Source: Rhina ancylostomus (lineage: Eukaryota). From it: 64,000 nucleotides of DNA. Positions 52,201 to 63,050 of the stretch are shown here, in pieces. Below the pieces are notes generated by a model. That model was given only the letters and a program-made list of their open reading frames with translations, was not told the DNA's origin and ran no database searches. The position numbers and the translations under genes were made by a program. The DNA lies in assembly GCA_030265395.1 (NCBI GenBank), contig JARFYF010000061.1, forward strand, positions 19,991,542 to 20,055,541, in the 5' to 3' direction. Every line of letters begins with the position of its first letter. The first letter of the stretch is position 1.

Positions 52201-55200
52201 ATATTCCCATTGAAATTAATTTGTGTTAATTAATTATACAATCTACCAATTAGCATTTTATTTTTTTTTCTATTATGGTTTCTTAATTATCAGTCAGCAC
52301 ATCTGTATCTTCTAAAAATAGACTTCCACTAAATTCTTTGCTCAGTCTAACCAACACACCTGTAACAATATTTTTCAAGAAATAGGTAACAATTTTAGAA
52401 AATAGTTTCTATCTAGAAGAACTTTTAATGTGAATTGATATATAAACTGTTAATATATAATGTGATATATAAACTGTTCCAATAGCCAAGTAAGTTATTC
52501 TACTTCTGCAGTTAGCTACACTAGGTTAACAAATCTAGGTGTTTCCTAAGCAAAATTTGCTGAAAAACTGAAAATTAAAATTACTGCTTTAATTACTTTA
52601 AAAATTAACAATTGAAAGAAACTGGAATGGAACAGAGCAAGGAATCCTACACAATAGTGTAGCTTGAATGGCATGCATCAGGAAATTGAGAGAACATTTA
52701 ATTTTGTAACAATCTTATCAAAAACACTTGTACAGAGTGACAAACAAAATATTGTGTTCAACTAATTAATTCCGCTAAATACTTGACAAAACACCAACGT
52801 ACATTATACAACGTTGTGCAATGTGTTCATACCACCCACATTCCCCTACTTGGAATTATATGCAGATACAGAAAACCAGCTCTCCAGGGGGACTGAAACG
52901 CAGGCCTGCAAATTAACCCATTCACATGATATATCTACAGCCACCTATTTATGTTAACCACAGTCTTGCCCACTTTTGACGCAATATTCCCCATTAAAAT
53001 GATTACCTGCTCTTACTGTAGCTGCCAACCCTTCAACCCACACCCAGTTTGCACTGATTTCTGAAATATCAACTCATTCTCCAGCACAAGAAAACAACCA
53101 TTGATTCCTTTGTCCTTGCAAACTGCTGCAACACCAAGCTAGACCTCAACACCTCTCTCTTGACCATTCTAATTTCTCTAAATTGTTAAACTGCATGACA
53201 AGGGGCATTGGAATGAACAGAAGACCTGACTACACTTGGTTGACCTCACTCGTTCTATCTTCATCATCCAAAACTCTGCTTCACATTGTCTTAATTTGCA
53301 TCAAGCTCTGCTAACCCATTACTTCTCTGCTTGGAGATCTACACTGGATCCTGATTAAACGACGTTGCACTCAAACCCCTCATGGCCTCTCCCTTCATAT
53401 TTCTGTAATTTCTTTTAGTTCTTTAACGTGACATGAAAGGTACATTCTCCCTGTGTATCTGCGTGGGTTTCCTCTGGGTGCTCCAGTTTCCTCCCACATT
53501 CCAAAGACGTACAGGTTAGGAAGTTGTGGGNNNNNNNNNNNNNNNNNNNNNNNNNNNNNNNNNNNNNNNNNNNNNNNNNNNNNNNNNNNNNNNNNNNNNN
53601 NNNNNNNNNNNNNNNNNNNNNNNNNNNNNNNNNNNNNNNNNNNNNNNNNNNNNNNNNNNNNNNNNNNNNNNNNNNNNNNNNNNNNNNNNNNNNNNNNNNN
53701 NNNNNNNNNNNNNNNNNNNNNNNNNNNNNNNNNNNNNNNNNNNNNNNNNNNNNNNNNNNNNNNNNNNNNNNNNNNNNNNNNNNNNNNNNNNNNNNNNNNN
53801 NNNNNNNNNNNNNNNNNNNNNNNNNNNNNNNNNNNNNNNNNNNNNNNNNNNNNNNNNNNNNNNNNNNNNNNNNNNNNNNNNNNNNNNNNNNNNNNNNNNN
53901 NNNNNNNNNNNNNTGGATTCATAGTGGGCGAGTGTTTCCTAAGTGGAATGACATCAGTAGCTGGGCTTGTTGTTTGCTTTCGAACATTGATTGGTTTGCG
54001 TGTACCTAGGAAACAAAACTGGATTTTAAATGGCAATACACATGCTATGTAACAAGACATAGAGGGTCTACTTTATAATAAAGAAAGTAATAATGGACTT
54101 TCATGAGCCATTAAACTATTAAATGGAAGTGTGCTAAGAAAAGCTACAATAAAAAGGTAGAATTCAAAAGTGCTAGCTAAAGTATGGCTTATTTTAGAAA
54201 TTAGTTAAACCAAATATTTGACAATTTCAAAATAATGCTTTCAAATTTAGTGCAGAAATCTACAAATGTTCATACACTATAAATTAGTTTCTTTAGAATG
54301 TTTAAGTGCATATTAATGTACATATTTCATATCTTATACATGCTTCAACATTTTCAATTGAAACAATACTGCAGCAGTTTTCTGAGCTATAAGTTCTTAT
54401 AATTGCTCAAATGTACTTTGAGAGGTGAGACTGGGAATTGGACAACATATGATTGGGAAGGGGGAGAGCAAAGAGCAGGTCAACATGTGTTTGGGGGAGG
54501 GGTGAAATTCAAGGCAACACCTGATGTGGGGAAGAGAAAATTGGACTGTAGCCAATGTCATTTGGTGAGGAGTGAGTGGATTAGAACTGGCTATATGGTG
54601 GAGGTGGTAGGGTGACCTCAGGGGAGTGGCTACATCTTATGGGGGGGGGGGGCGATCTACAGAATGAGGGGAGGATCGGGGAGTTGGTACATTATGGAAG
54701 TGAAGGAGCCCAAAGATTTAGTCAATACTTAACACCATACATCCCCAGATGGTCCAATGGGATTAAAACCAAAATGTCCTGCAGATGTTTGGTAACAGGT
54801 GCTCCAGCACAATGGGATACCGATTCTCCTGAAATCCTCCAAAAGACATGCTGCATAGGAAATGATGCCAGCCCTGTGTCTATGAAGCTAAAATCACACT
54901 AGGGTTGCAAAGGTCTCACACACATAGACACACACAGCATTTAAGGACTGATACATTGCAGTTGCACTCTTGTGAAAAGGCACAATTATCATGTCACAGA
55001 ACTACATTCCACCAGAAAACTAATTCTTAAGTTCATTGCCAGATGGAGCTTGGTTAAAACAGGTACATGTTGTTTAATCTATGATTGAATATACAAAGAG
55101 ATTATTATTTTGTTTTAAGGTGTTTTTACCTTGATATGGCGTCTCTGGTTTAATTTCTATAGTTGCTCGACTCCAAGACTCCTTCTCTACTTGTGACATA

Positions 55201-58200
55201 CGGTCCCGAGTCATCTGATATGAGTCATCAGTGGCGCAAACTGTAATTTTATCTTGAATGTTTCCCAGGAACTCAAGTCGGTTTCTTTCAAAACTGGTTT
55301 AAACAACAAAAGCAATGCTCAGCAACATAAATTTCAAGTAAAAGTTTTAGCCCTATTAAAATATGTTATTCAGTTAAACTTCTAATAGAATAAAAAATCT
55401 ATACTTTTACATGTTAAAAATAGTAAGTTAGGTATTACAAAGGAAATCATGCCAGCAGAATATAGAAAGTTTTAGAAGTGATCTAACTGTACTTTAGATA
55501 AAACCTAATTTTCACCTTCCTATATTCTGGTATAATCTTACTGATTTTCTAATGTCACTTTGTAATGTGCATGTATAAATAATACACTGACTACATTCAA
55601 CGGTACTGATGTTGCCAATTAAACATTTTCCTATCCACTGGACAGATAGTGGGTCTATGCTCATCACCTATAGTTCAATCATGTTGAAAAAAAGAACAAA
55701 TAACTGCAGTGAAAAGCACAAGAAATCACAAAACTGCAAAGTACCAATGAATCAAGTTAGCAAAGGTGTGACTTGAGGAGGCTTGAATTTTTTTTCCTCT
55801 CTTCTTGTGAATTTGACCCACCCACTTAAAACACCCATGTATAAACCAAGCCATCACATGTATTAGCCAAAAAGCAATAACTATTGGTGGTATGAATCCT
55901 CATCAATTTCACAACTGTCTGTTGCATCTGTAAATGTTCACTTTATTTTGGGCAGAAAAGCTGTGCTATTCTATCATAAAAAATACAAGTATAACTTGTA
56001 TATCTTCAAAACAACCATATTTAATGTTAAAAAAATCATTCACAATAACCCCAGCTGCCAAAATTTAGTGGCCACATGCATTTTCTTTTTAAACAGCTAT
56101 CCAGTGAAAGAGGTAAGATTTGTATCTGTCTCTCCACTCTTGATCTTGCTAAGATAGTGTAGTTACTAAAGACTTGTTTCCAAATAACAAATTGTATCCT
56201 CCAGGTAAGAAATATAAATTAATCAGTAAAATTGGGGACAAAAGATAAAATTACAAATCTGACCCCAATAAAATTGTCCTTTTTGCATAAAGTTTTGAAT
56301 ACTACAATACGCCTTGAGTAAATGTATACTTAATACCACGTGGCTGATCGATCGGGTTTAAAATGCATCTGAAGTGTGCTGACAGCCTGAAGTTCACATA
56401 CATTTAAAATACGTTATTTAAAATGAAAATGACATTCTATGACTTAACCATAATTCTCGTGCATCTTTTAAGGACTCTTATCAACCACTGATTTATGTAC
56501 AAATTGAAGAGCCAAGTAGCAAATACATTTAATGGTGAAACATTTTTCCAATGTGAAATTTGTGATATTGGCTGGGATAGTCTGATCTAACTATGGGAAC
56601 CCAATCCCTACCTCTTGATTCCAATTCTACAGTCATTACTGATTTTTAAAATTATGCTGAAAACAATTATTGCCAAGAGAACTTAACTGAAGGGCATTTG
56701 TATTCCTTTGTCCTGTGCACCACAAACAAGCAAATTTCTCAAATGCTCAGATCTCATATGTGCACTGCCTCAAGTCTGTCTCAAAAAGAACTGTGAACAC
56801 AATTTCAATGGTAGGGATGACATAGATTTCCCTCAAAATTTCTTCAACCCAACCTTCAGACAATATCTGGTAACAGAAAACCTCATAATTATTTCTGTAC
56901 AGTAAATGTTTCAGAAACAACCATAGGACTGTCTGTTGGCTTAGCTGTTGTTTCATAATGCTCCCTATATTTATTCTTAATTCGCAAAAGGACTACCGCT
57001 CTTATTGATTCACAGTTCCACTGGACTTCTGTTAGAAATCTTTGATAAATTTTAAATCTTAATTACTCCAATGCTCCCTTGGCCAGCTTCCCAGCTCTAT
57101 GATCTCAGCTCATCAAAAGTTCTGTTACTCATGATGCCCAAGCACAAGTTCAGTCAACCAGCAACCTGTTTCCGTGCTGACCTGAGTTGGATCACGTACA
57201 CTGAACAACTCCCATTGTTTAACTTCCAACAATCTGACAGCCCATCACATCCCTCCTGCCTCCACAGGGCACTCCAGTTCTCAGACTCCTGTGCATCTCT
57301 CCTCCCTGCATCCATGGTCAACAGCTATCCTCTAGAGATGTCTAGTTATACATTTCTCTCCTTAAACCCCACATTAATTCCAACTTTAAGAGCTTTCTTA
57401 AACTTATTTATTCAACCAAGCCAACACCCAAAATAAATCCTTCCTTGGCCCATTATCTNNNNNNNNNNNNNNNNNNNNNNNNNNNNNNNNNNNNAAGCAT
57501 TGTTCCCGAATTTTAAAAAAATCCCCCAGATGATACTTTTCATGCAGCTGGGCAAAGACTCTCTTCATGGCAATCAAAACAAACACATATTTTATTTGTT
57601 TGTCAAATCTGAATTAAAGTATTTGTTACTTCATGGAATCTCCTACCACATAAATTCTGCATCTGACATGCACCGATGGAATGAAGACCAGCCTTGGTTA
57701 ATTTTCTGAACCAACTGAGTAGAAGTTAATGCCTCTGATGGCATTTTTGGACGAGACACAAAATGCACAAACTGACCTCATCCTTCACCACGCAAACACC
57801 TCCCCCACATGCTAAAACAACTATTTGTTTTGACCTATAAACAAATAAAATCATGAAACTTGTATTTTCAGATGTCCAGTCTGCCAACAAATCTACCAAT
57901 AGCTATTAAGTCTAAACCACCGTGTTTTCAAGGTGCAGCAGTTACTCTTTACAACATCTTTCCAAATGTCAATAATGGTATCTTATTCAATGCTGCAGAC
58001 ATAGAAGATTGGTGAAATGGTTTAAAGTAGTTCCTTCCATCTCCTGAGAGATACAATCTAGTGCCTTAGTGCCATATCCAGAGAAATATGGTCTAGTGCC
58101 AGTTGGTGGCAGTCTGTTGTCTGTTTTACAACTTTGCTTCGAAACTAGTATCTGTTACTTCCTGGGACAAAATAGCTTGGGACAAATTGCAACTGTACAA

Positions 58201-61200
58201 GATGACCATTAGGCTCTATAGGAAGTGAGATTAAAGATGAATGAATTTATTCATTCTGAAGGAAAAACTGATAGGAAGATCAAGTGTGTCCAGAAACAAA
58301 ATGACTGAAATGCTAGATGAAATGAGGCAAATCAATTATGCACAACTGAACTGAAACTAATGCCATCAAATATCAAAGTTTGCAATATCAAAATCTAAAG
58401 CTGCATATGTCGAGAAATCCAAAAGGGGGCAACAGAAGACATGCCAAGCCATGATTCTCGAGTTTGCAGGTCGACTTTAAAAAGTTGATAGGGCAGTATT
58501 TAGATCGTGCAGCAGTCCTACAAGAAAATGTAGTTGATATCAAGAGTGAAGATTTTTAGTCGTGAGTCAGGTAAAATGGATAAAACTCCCCTTTAAAAGT
58601 AATCTACATATATTATTCATATCATCGAGTTGTTGATCACCTGATTGACAACACCATATAATTTCTTTGAAACATTGAACATATTGTAAATCAGCTAGGT
58701 TTGTTCAAAACCCTCTGAATAGTCCAATAAAAATGGCCAAGATTATAAGCTGAAATGCTAAGAACAATATACAAAAAGTAATAACCATAAAATTAAAGCT
58801 CAAAAAAGCTTAATGTAACCCTTTTTCCTCAGTTTGTTGTAACTCCAGCTAATATCCTGATTTTAATTTCTAAATTAAATCTATTCTACTTCAGCCTCAT
58901 TTCTGTTCACATTTGACAATATGTCCCAACCTTATACCAAAATACATTGCATATTGTCAAAACTTCTCAGAAATGCTGCAAAAATTAGTCAGGACTCAGC
59001 TGAAGGAACATACTTGGGAAAAATCTACATTTTTTTTTAAATGAGGCAGATTGAAGCACTCGGGTTTATTTCAAAATACTTCACTCTTCTCAGAACTGCC
59101 ATGTATCAGCATCAGGTTTCTGATTGACACAGAATTAATGGGGAGCTCTGTTGGCAGGTGTGGGGCCTGAACTGGGTCTGATCTGGGTTCTACTGGCGAG
59201 TTTCTGGAAAAAGAGCAAAATCCTCTGAGCCAAAGGGCATTGCTTATAGAAGAGGAAGTTCTGGAGTTGGCTATCGAGTCCCCAGCAGGTAGTGTTACAA
59301 TGAGAGAAGCCAGCATGAACCAGTTCAACAATACCATGATGTTCCCCTGCACACTACCTCTGAAGATGTACTGGCAACTTCCTTTTCCAACCACTGCTAG
59401 TTCCAAAACCTGTTATATGTCAAGGGGGGAGTGGGGTGCAGGGAAGAACACAGAATTTCATGATACGACAGGAAAATATAGATATTTAGTTAGAATTGTC
59501 ATGTCCTATCAACACAAAAATAAGGGTCTGGTGCAAAATAAGGCACAGGCCTCAAGCATCAGGAGTCAGATTTTCACACACAAAGTCAAACAAGTAACTA
59601 AAAGAGATTTCAACATAACATGATATGACAGTTAATGGGATGGATGGAAATTCAATACAGAGACAATTTGAAATAAGTGAGAGCTCTTAATGCAGAGGCA
59701 TACACAAGGACTAACCATGAAAAAGTACATGACAGAGAATTAAAGAATAGGCTAAAAAGCAAATAAACAGACACAGAAAAATAAAGAAAATATTTATATC
59801 AAAGAGGTTAATTTGCTATGTTTGATATGCAGGCAGCAAAATAAACATAAAAGGCATTAATTAAAAAATAAAACTGTAATTGATTAAAACAAAGTAACAT
59901 TTAAGTTAAATGCTGGTTGTTTAAAAGAACTAAAATGTAAAACAACCATAAACTTCAGGGCCTTGGAGATTTTTAAAAATATTTATTATTTTTCAAGACC
60001 AAAGCCACTGTAATATCCCTTGCATTGTGTGGCTTGCTAAACCCCTAAACAGGGTGTTTAAGGGTCAACTACATTGGTGTCCCATATAGATCAGACTGGA
60101 TAAGTAAAGTCGAACTCCTTCGCTGAAGGACATTGGTGAACCAGATGGGTTTTAATGACAAATGTTCATCATCACTAATGATCTCTTTTTTTAAAATTTC
60201 AGGGTATCAACTGAATTTAAGTTCCACAACTGCCATGGTGAAATTTGATATCAGATTTCTGAAATGGGCACTCAAAATAATTTAACTGCTGCAACACCAC
60301 CATACCCAGGAATATTGCACCACAGAATATTAGTTATGTCAACTCAATTATTTTTAAACAATATAATCATTGATAAATAATACAAATCTGTTAAATGTTC
60401 AAGCACTTATTTTTCTAATTTAATTTCAAACATTAAAAGAAATATGGCTGCAATAAAGGCAAATGCTGAGAGACCAGAATGTTATTCTTGGCTGGGAAAT
60501 AATAAGCTGCTGCTGTTTGAATTTCCCTCAATGTTTTTCAGACCTGGTGCAACTCTAGCAATGAATGAACAAGATTGTATACTTCCACAAAATAACTTTT
60601 ATGTTGAACTGAATTTAGTGCAGCAATAACACAAAAGCAGCAGATCTAGTCGCAATTTTTTTTAAAAACATGAGATATCTTCACTGCATTTTGAGTTACA
60701 AAATACAGTAGCAGTGAATTCAGTCGGAAGATCATAATTTCCAACTTCTTGCCAGGACTTGAGCATTAAGAGTGTGATGCATTATTAGCAGTGTCAGCAT
60801 AGAAATTTTCTTAACGCTGTTTTCTTAAATGCACATGACTGAAAGTAGACTTTTTCTTCCTAGATTGGAATTTGTGGGTCAAACCATGGTGGTTTGAAAC
60901 TATCTCTGGTGGTTGTAGTGAACCACACTGGTCCTGTCTAGTGACATGTTGACCATACAATGCAATAGAGTGCTGATAGAAAAGTAGAATACTTGGTTTG
61001 AGGAACAGCTGTCATTAGGCACTCTCAGAGTAACCAGTTTTTAAAAGTGCTGCTATCAGAACAGCAGATTGATTGGACTGTTGCCTTTCTGAGCAGATCG
61101 CAGCCTGGTACTGGATACCTCACTCAGATAGGTTCACTTTAATGGTTTGCCTGCATTCTTTTGGTTTCCCAGCACTACCCATCCACTCCCACTTCATGAT

Positions 61201-63050
61201 AGACAGCCATCCACATCCACCAATCTCCTAATTTGTTTACACCCACTCCCCCTAACTGCCTATCTCCACACTCCCAGACCCAAACCAACAACCTGACTTT
61301 TGAAATGCTCTTTCCCTATTAATTCCCTTCACCCTCCCTGGATCCAGGCCTGCTCTCAGACTTCCTCTTTCACAATGGCACTGACAGTAAAGGAAGTTGT
61401 GCAAGAATTATACATGAGCACTTGACGCCTTGAATGCCAGATAGGACTGAAATTTTATGCAATGGGCCCACGATCATAATGATGGACAATCACGATCTTT
61501 TGGTGCCAATGAATTTTGAGGCCATCACATTTCAGATGGGACATTCAACTGCCTATTTGCTTCATCAGCTAGGTTAATTATATTCACAAGAGAGAAAGTA
61601 ATTCATTAGCAGTAAAACAATACAAGGATGTGAACAATACAAAAGATACAAATGCTAGAGTAAAAATGCAAGTCCTTTCTATCTGAAAAACATCATGATG
61701 CTGCAGGAACTCAGCAGGCCATGCAGCATCTGTGGAGAAAAGCAGGCGGTCAACATTTCAGGTCAGAACCCTTCTTTAGGACTGAAGATAGGAAAAAGGG
61801 AAGCCCAGTATGTAGGAGGGAAAAGTAGAGTAGTGCTATGTGGACAAAAGAGGGGAGGCAATCAGACATTTGCGTTAAAGGGAAAACAAATACAACAAAT
61901 CTTATTGAGGCAATACTGCAGTACACGTAAACAGTATGCCATTTACAAATGTTTTAGATATATAATTTCCCCAGATCAATCACAAACCCTCAGTGGGAGC
62001 CACCCAATCAGTGTGCATCTCACTAACATATTACTAAAGCTGTGCCTCCAACAAGTAATTAACTATGAATCCACCAATGACATATTTAATATTTAATTGT
62101 AGCACTTGATAAATGATCCTTCTAACTAACCACCCAAACACTAAACAAAGTTTAAGCATTCATACATGACTAAAGTGGAAAAACACCGCAAAAGAATACT
62201 TACTTCTAGCCTCTGCATTTAATCAACAAGCAATTAAGAGGAGAAAGATCACGAGAGTAAACAGGAGGAAGACAGAATAAGCAGCAAACCACTCAACAGC
62301 AAGAATTCCACACTGAAGGCAATAAGATTACAGAAGAGTGAACAGTAAAGAGCAAAATCAAATATGGGAACACTGCAAAGATTTCACACATTTTATAAAG
62401 TACCAACTGAAGTTTACGTTATTTGACACTGAAGTGATATATTTAAGCTCCTTACAGAAGGTACAGATCCTCCCCAGGTTATGAGCGCCCGACTTATGGA
62501 CCTCCCATACCTATGAACAAGTATTTGGGAGACCTGCGAGATGGATGGGGATGGATTTGCCGGCTGACGTAGGTGTGCAGGCATCTTCAGCCAGGTGGGA
62601 ACGGGGGCATCTCCACATAGCTTCTCTACCCATCCACCCATGAATCACAACAATCAGGGCTGGGTCGAGCCAAGCAGAGCTGGGAGTGCCTTGCAAATTT
62701 ACTTGCTCACTCACAACTTAGTGCGGCCAGCTGCTCTTTCCATACCTCTCACTCTCATGTCACAGCTGTTTCTGTGATCTTCTTCCACACACTAGTTTTG
62801 TTCACTTCCAACTTACGAACAGTTGGGTAACCAATTGTTATGAACGTAACCCTGTCGTAACCTGGGAACTGCCTGCACTTGACTTGAAACAATTGCCTTA
62901 ACTGCTATATGTTTTATTTTACCTAGAAACATACTGGTGGATGCAGTCAAAGCTTGCTTGAGGCTTGTCTTTGCTGTCAGTTGACAAGTAGAATGAAAAA
63001 CACCGCACACCTTCATGGCAGTCTGATTTAGGAGCGGGTATTTTGATGTA
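22110..63050 (-). CDS. ELL2-like: RNA polymerase II elongation factor, ELL family (ELL2-like), multi-exon, 5'-partial; join(63050-62923, 55293-55130, 54005-gap, 47765-47641, 38610-38496, 35027-34526, 33358-33295, 26960-26789, 23445-23401, 22217-22110)
   Basis: Manual spliced translation gives ELL N-terminal motifs ([19 protein letters not shown]; [21 protein letters not shown]), the central [28 protein letters not shown] block, a [11 protein letters not shown] basic motif and the C-terminal occludin/ELL domain ([44 protein letters not shown]). Exon sizes 164/125/64/172/45 match ELL2 exon sizes as I recall them. Exact paralog identity is not established. Confidence 0.95.
22725..23150 (+). mobile_element. 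Penelope-derived non-autonomous element with two terminal-repeat units, in the last ELL intron
   Basis: Two copies of tccacagatgct.cctg.tct.ctgagt; hammerhead-like aatgaagggttgttaacctgaaacattaact at 23046-23083. Confidence 0.7.
23401..23445 (-). CDS. ELL2-like: ELL-family exon 11 equivalent (45 bp): [15 protein letters not shown]
   Basis: Acceptor tatatttcag, donor AAG|gtaggt; 15 codons, similar to ELL QILQEYRKIKK. Confidence 0.92.
25100..25870 (+). mobile_element. L2-clade LINE 3' remnant
   Basis: Translation [25 protein letters not shown] resembles L2 LHWLP..RI.FKIL...FKALHGLAP; L2-like 3' tail. Confidence 0.65.
26789..26960 (-). CDS. ELL2-like: ELL-family exon 10 equivalent (172 bp), occludin/ELL domain: [57 protein letters not shown]
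   Basis: Within ORF 26642-26998(-); acceptor tatttttgcag, donor AAG|gtaagg. Confidence 0.97.
29240..29530 (-). mobile_element. 3' fragment of the LINE family seen at 11200-13490 and 46830-47500
   Basis: Shared ggagaattccag.a.ttaaaccc.gtgaa.gtgaaggaa..gtgagtgac.ttgaagagaacttg motif. Confidence 0.6.
30190..30990 (-). mobile_element. tRNA SINE split by a CR1 3' fragment inserted at about 30268-30756
   Basis: SINE head at 30870-30990 and tail (gggccaaagggcatgtttcc) at 30190-30265 flank CR1 sequence ([21 protein letters not shown]). Confidence 0.8.
31817..31952 (-). mobile_element. Rex1/Babar-like LINE 3' tail
   Basis: Reverse complement of the 12610-12778 tail (cactgtacctcggtacaagtgacaataataaaccaatac). 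Confidence 0.7.
33295..33358 (-). CDS. ELL2-like: ELL-family exon 9 equivalent (64 bp): (E)[20 protein letters not shown](L)
   Basis: Acceptor cttatctacag, donor ATT|gtgagt; conserved E.PDYL motif preceding the occludin/ELL domain; phase 1 to 2. Confidence 0.92.
34526..35027 (-). CDS. ELL2-like: ELL-family exon 8 equivalent (502 bp), low-complexity linker with LNGH motif and basic [15 protein letters not shown] (probable NLS)
   Basis: Overlaps ORF 34494-35018(-); acceptor ttaatttcag|AAACGA (KR), donor AAG|gtaatg; phase 0 to 1. Confidence 0.92.
35558..35633 (+). repeat. Perfect 23-bp G-rich tandem repeat (GAGGAGGAAGTGAGGGGCAGGGC) x3.3
   Basis: Identical units at 35558, 35581 and 35604, plus a partial unit. 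Confidence 0.95.
35737..37436 (+). mobile_element. Two nested CR1 LINE fragments; the inner copy (about 36266-37140) carries the RT core
   Basis: [53 protein letters not shown]; the DDTK-to-LRGD segment occurs twice; CR1 tail ctatgattctatga at 37424-37437. Confidence 0.9.
38496..38610 (-). CDS. ELL2-like: ELL-family exon 7 equivalent (115 bp): [38 protein letters not shown]
   Basis: Acceptor gtctcctttatag, donor TTG|gtaaga; phase 2 to 0 bridges exons 6 and 8; Ser-rich linker starting RKL.P as in ELL2. Confidence 0.85.
43433..43684. mobile_element. LTR-bounded element (same family as 10169-10409) with 5-bp TSD GGGTC
   Basis: gggtc-TGTCA...TGACA-gggtc. Confidence 0.82.
45345..46345 (-). mobile_element. 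Old CR1 remnant rearranged by an inverted duplication
   Basis: CR1-like ctgcctttcaatatcatggctgatc..ccatatctcttaattcc end; internal arms 45506-45749 and 46061-46298. Confidence 0.65.
45506..46298. repeat. Inverted repeat with ~240-bp arms (45506-45749 / 46061-46298) and a 311-bp spacer
   Basis: Read directly: agtaaatagttaagaatggagcagatggaagataatgtaaag... pairs with ...ctttacattatcttccatctgctccattcttaactatttact; few mismatches and one 6-bp indel. Confidence 0.93.
46490..46815 (+). mobile_element. Penelope-derived terminal fragment with degenerate hammerhead motif (46685-46722)
   Basis: caatcctcaagaagggtcctgacctgaaacattgactg ... gatgctgcctggcctgctgagttcctc. Confidence 0.75.
46830..47510 (-). 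mobile_element. CR1/L2-superfamily LINE 3' fragment (same family as 11200-13490)
   Basis: Homologous to 12790-13330 in reverse orientation. Confidence 0.65.
47641..47765 (-). CDS. ELL2-like: ELL-family exon 6 equivalent (125 bp): [41 protein letters not shown](R)
   Basis: Acceptor ctctcaccacag, donor AAG|gtagtt; conserved KD.SYTLKD and DWPGY motifs. Confidence 0.96.
49400..50480 (-). mobile_element. Highly degenerate RTE-like LINE remnant
   Basis: Fragments such as gatgcaaggtttcctggcattcagcttgtcca and gtcaagcaaaactcttatcagattagcatgga resemble RTE RT on the minus strand. Confidence 0.45.
52990..53400 (+). mobile_element. L2 LINE fragment
   Basis: [28 protein letters not shown] resembles the L2 ORF2 end. 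Confidence 0.55.
53440..53530 (+). mobile_element. HE1-type SINE fragment next to the gap
   Basis: ttctccctgtgtatctgcgtgggtttcctctgggtgctccagtttcctcccacattccaaagacgt core. Confidence 0.8.
53914..54005 (-). CDS. ELL2-like: ELL-family exon 5 equivalent, 5' part only; remainder lies in N gap 53531-53913: (G)[30 protein letters not shown]
   Basis: Acceptor ttttgtttcctag, in phase with exon 4; resembles ELL2 KRVQIRK..D.VPERKRSTPMNP. Confidence 0.88.
55130..55293 (-). CDS. ELL2-like: ELL-family exon 4 equivalent (164 bp): [54 protein letters not shown](G)
   Basis: Acceptor gttgtttaaaccag, donor AAG|gtaaaa; hallmark [15 protein letters not shown] motif of ELL/ELL2. Confidence 0.96.
61690..61862 (-). 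mobile_element. Penelope-derived terminal element with hammerhead-like motif (61747-61784)
   Basis: Minus strand cagtcctaaagaagggttctgacctgaaatgttgaccg ... cacagatgctgcatggcctgctgagttcctgcagc. Confidence 0.75.
62464..62875. mobile_element. Tigger/pogo-like (Tc1-mariner superfamily) MITE
   Basis: TA-CAGATCCTCCCCAGGTTATGA left end and GTCGTAACCTGGGAACTGCCTG right end form imperfect TIRs with subterminal acttacgaac-type repeats; no ORF. Confidence 0.7.
62923..63050 (-). CDS. ELL2-like: ELL-family exon 3 equivalent (128 bp): [42 protein letters not shown](S)
   Basis: Acceptor tttttctagcag, donor AG|gtaaaa; ends phase 2 and joins the next exon in frame (AG+T=Ser); ELL-type FYLS and SFDCI motifs. 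Confidence 0.93.

Noticed and set aside
58098-58112. Weaker CTCF-like motifs (GCCAGTTGGTGGCAG; also TCACTAGATGGCAT near 12542)
   Set aside because: Mismatches at core positions, and one lies within TE sequence.
58912-58961. 12-bp inverted repeat TTTGACAATATG...CATATTGTCAAA
   Set aside because: Short and AT-rich with a 26-nt spacer; plausible by chance.
59071-59623. Overlapping 111-aa and 127-aa ORFs in intron 3
   Set aside because: No recognisable domain, no convincing splice sites, and not needed for the ELL reading frame.
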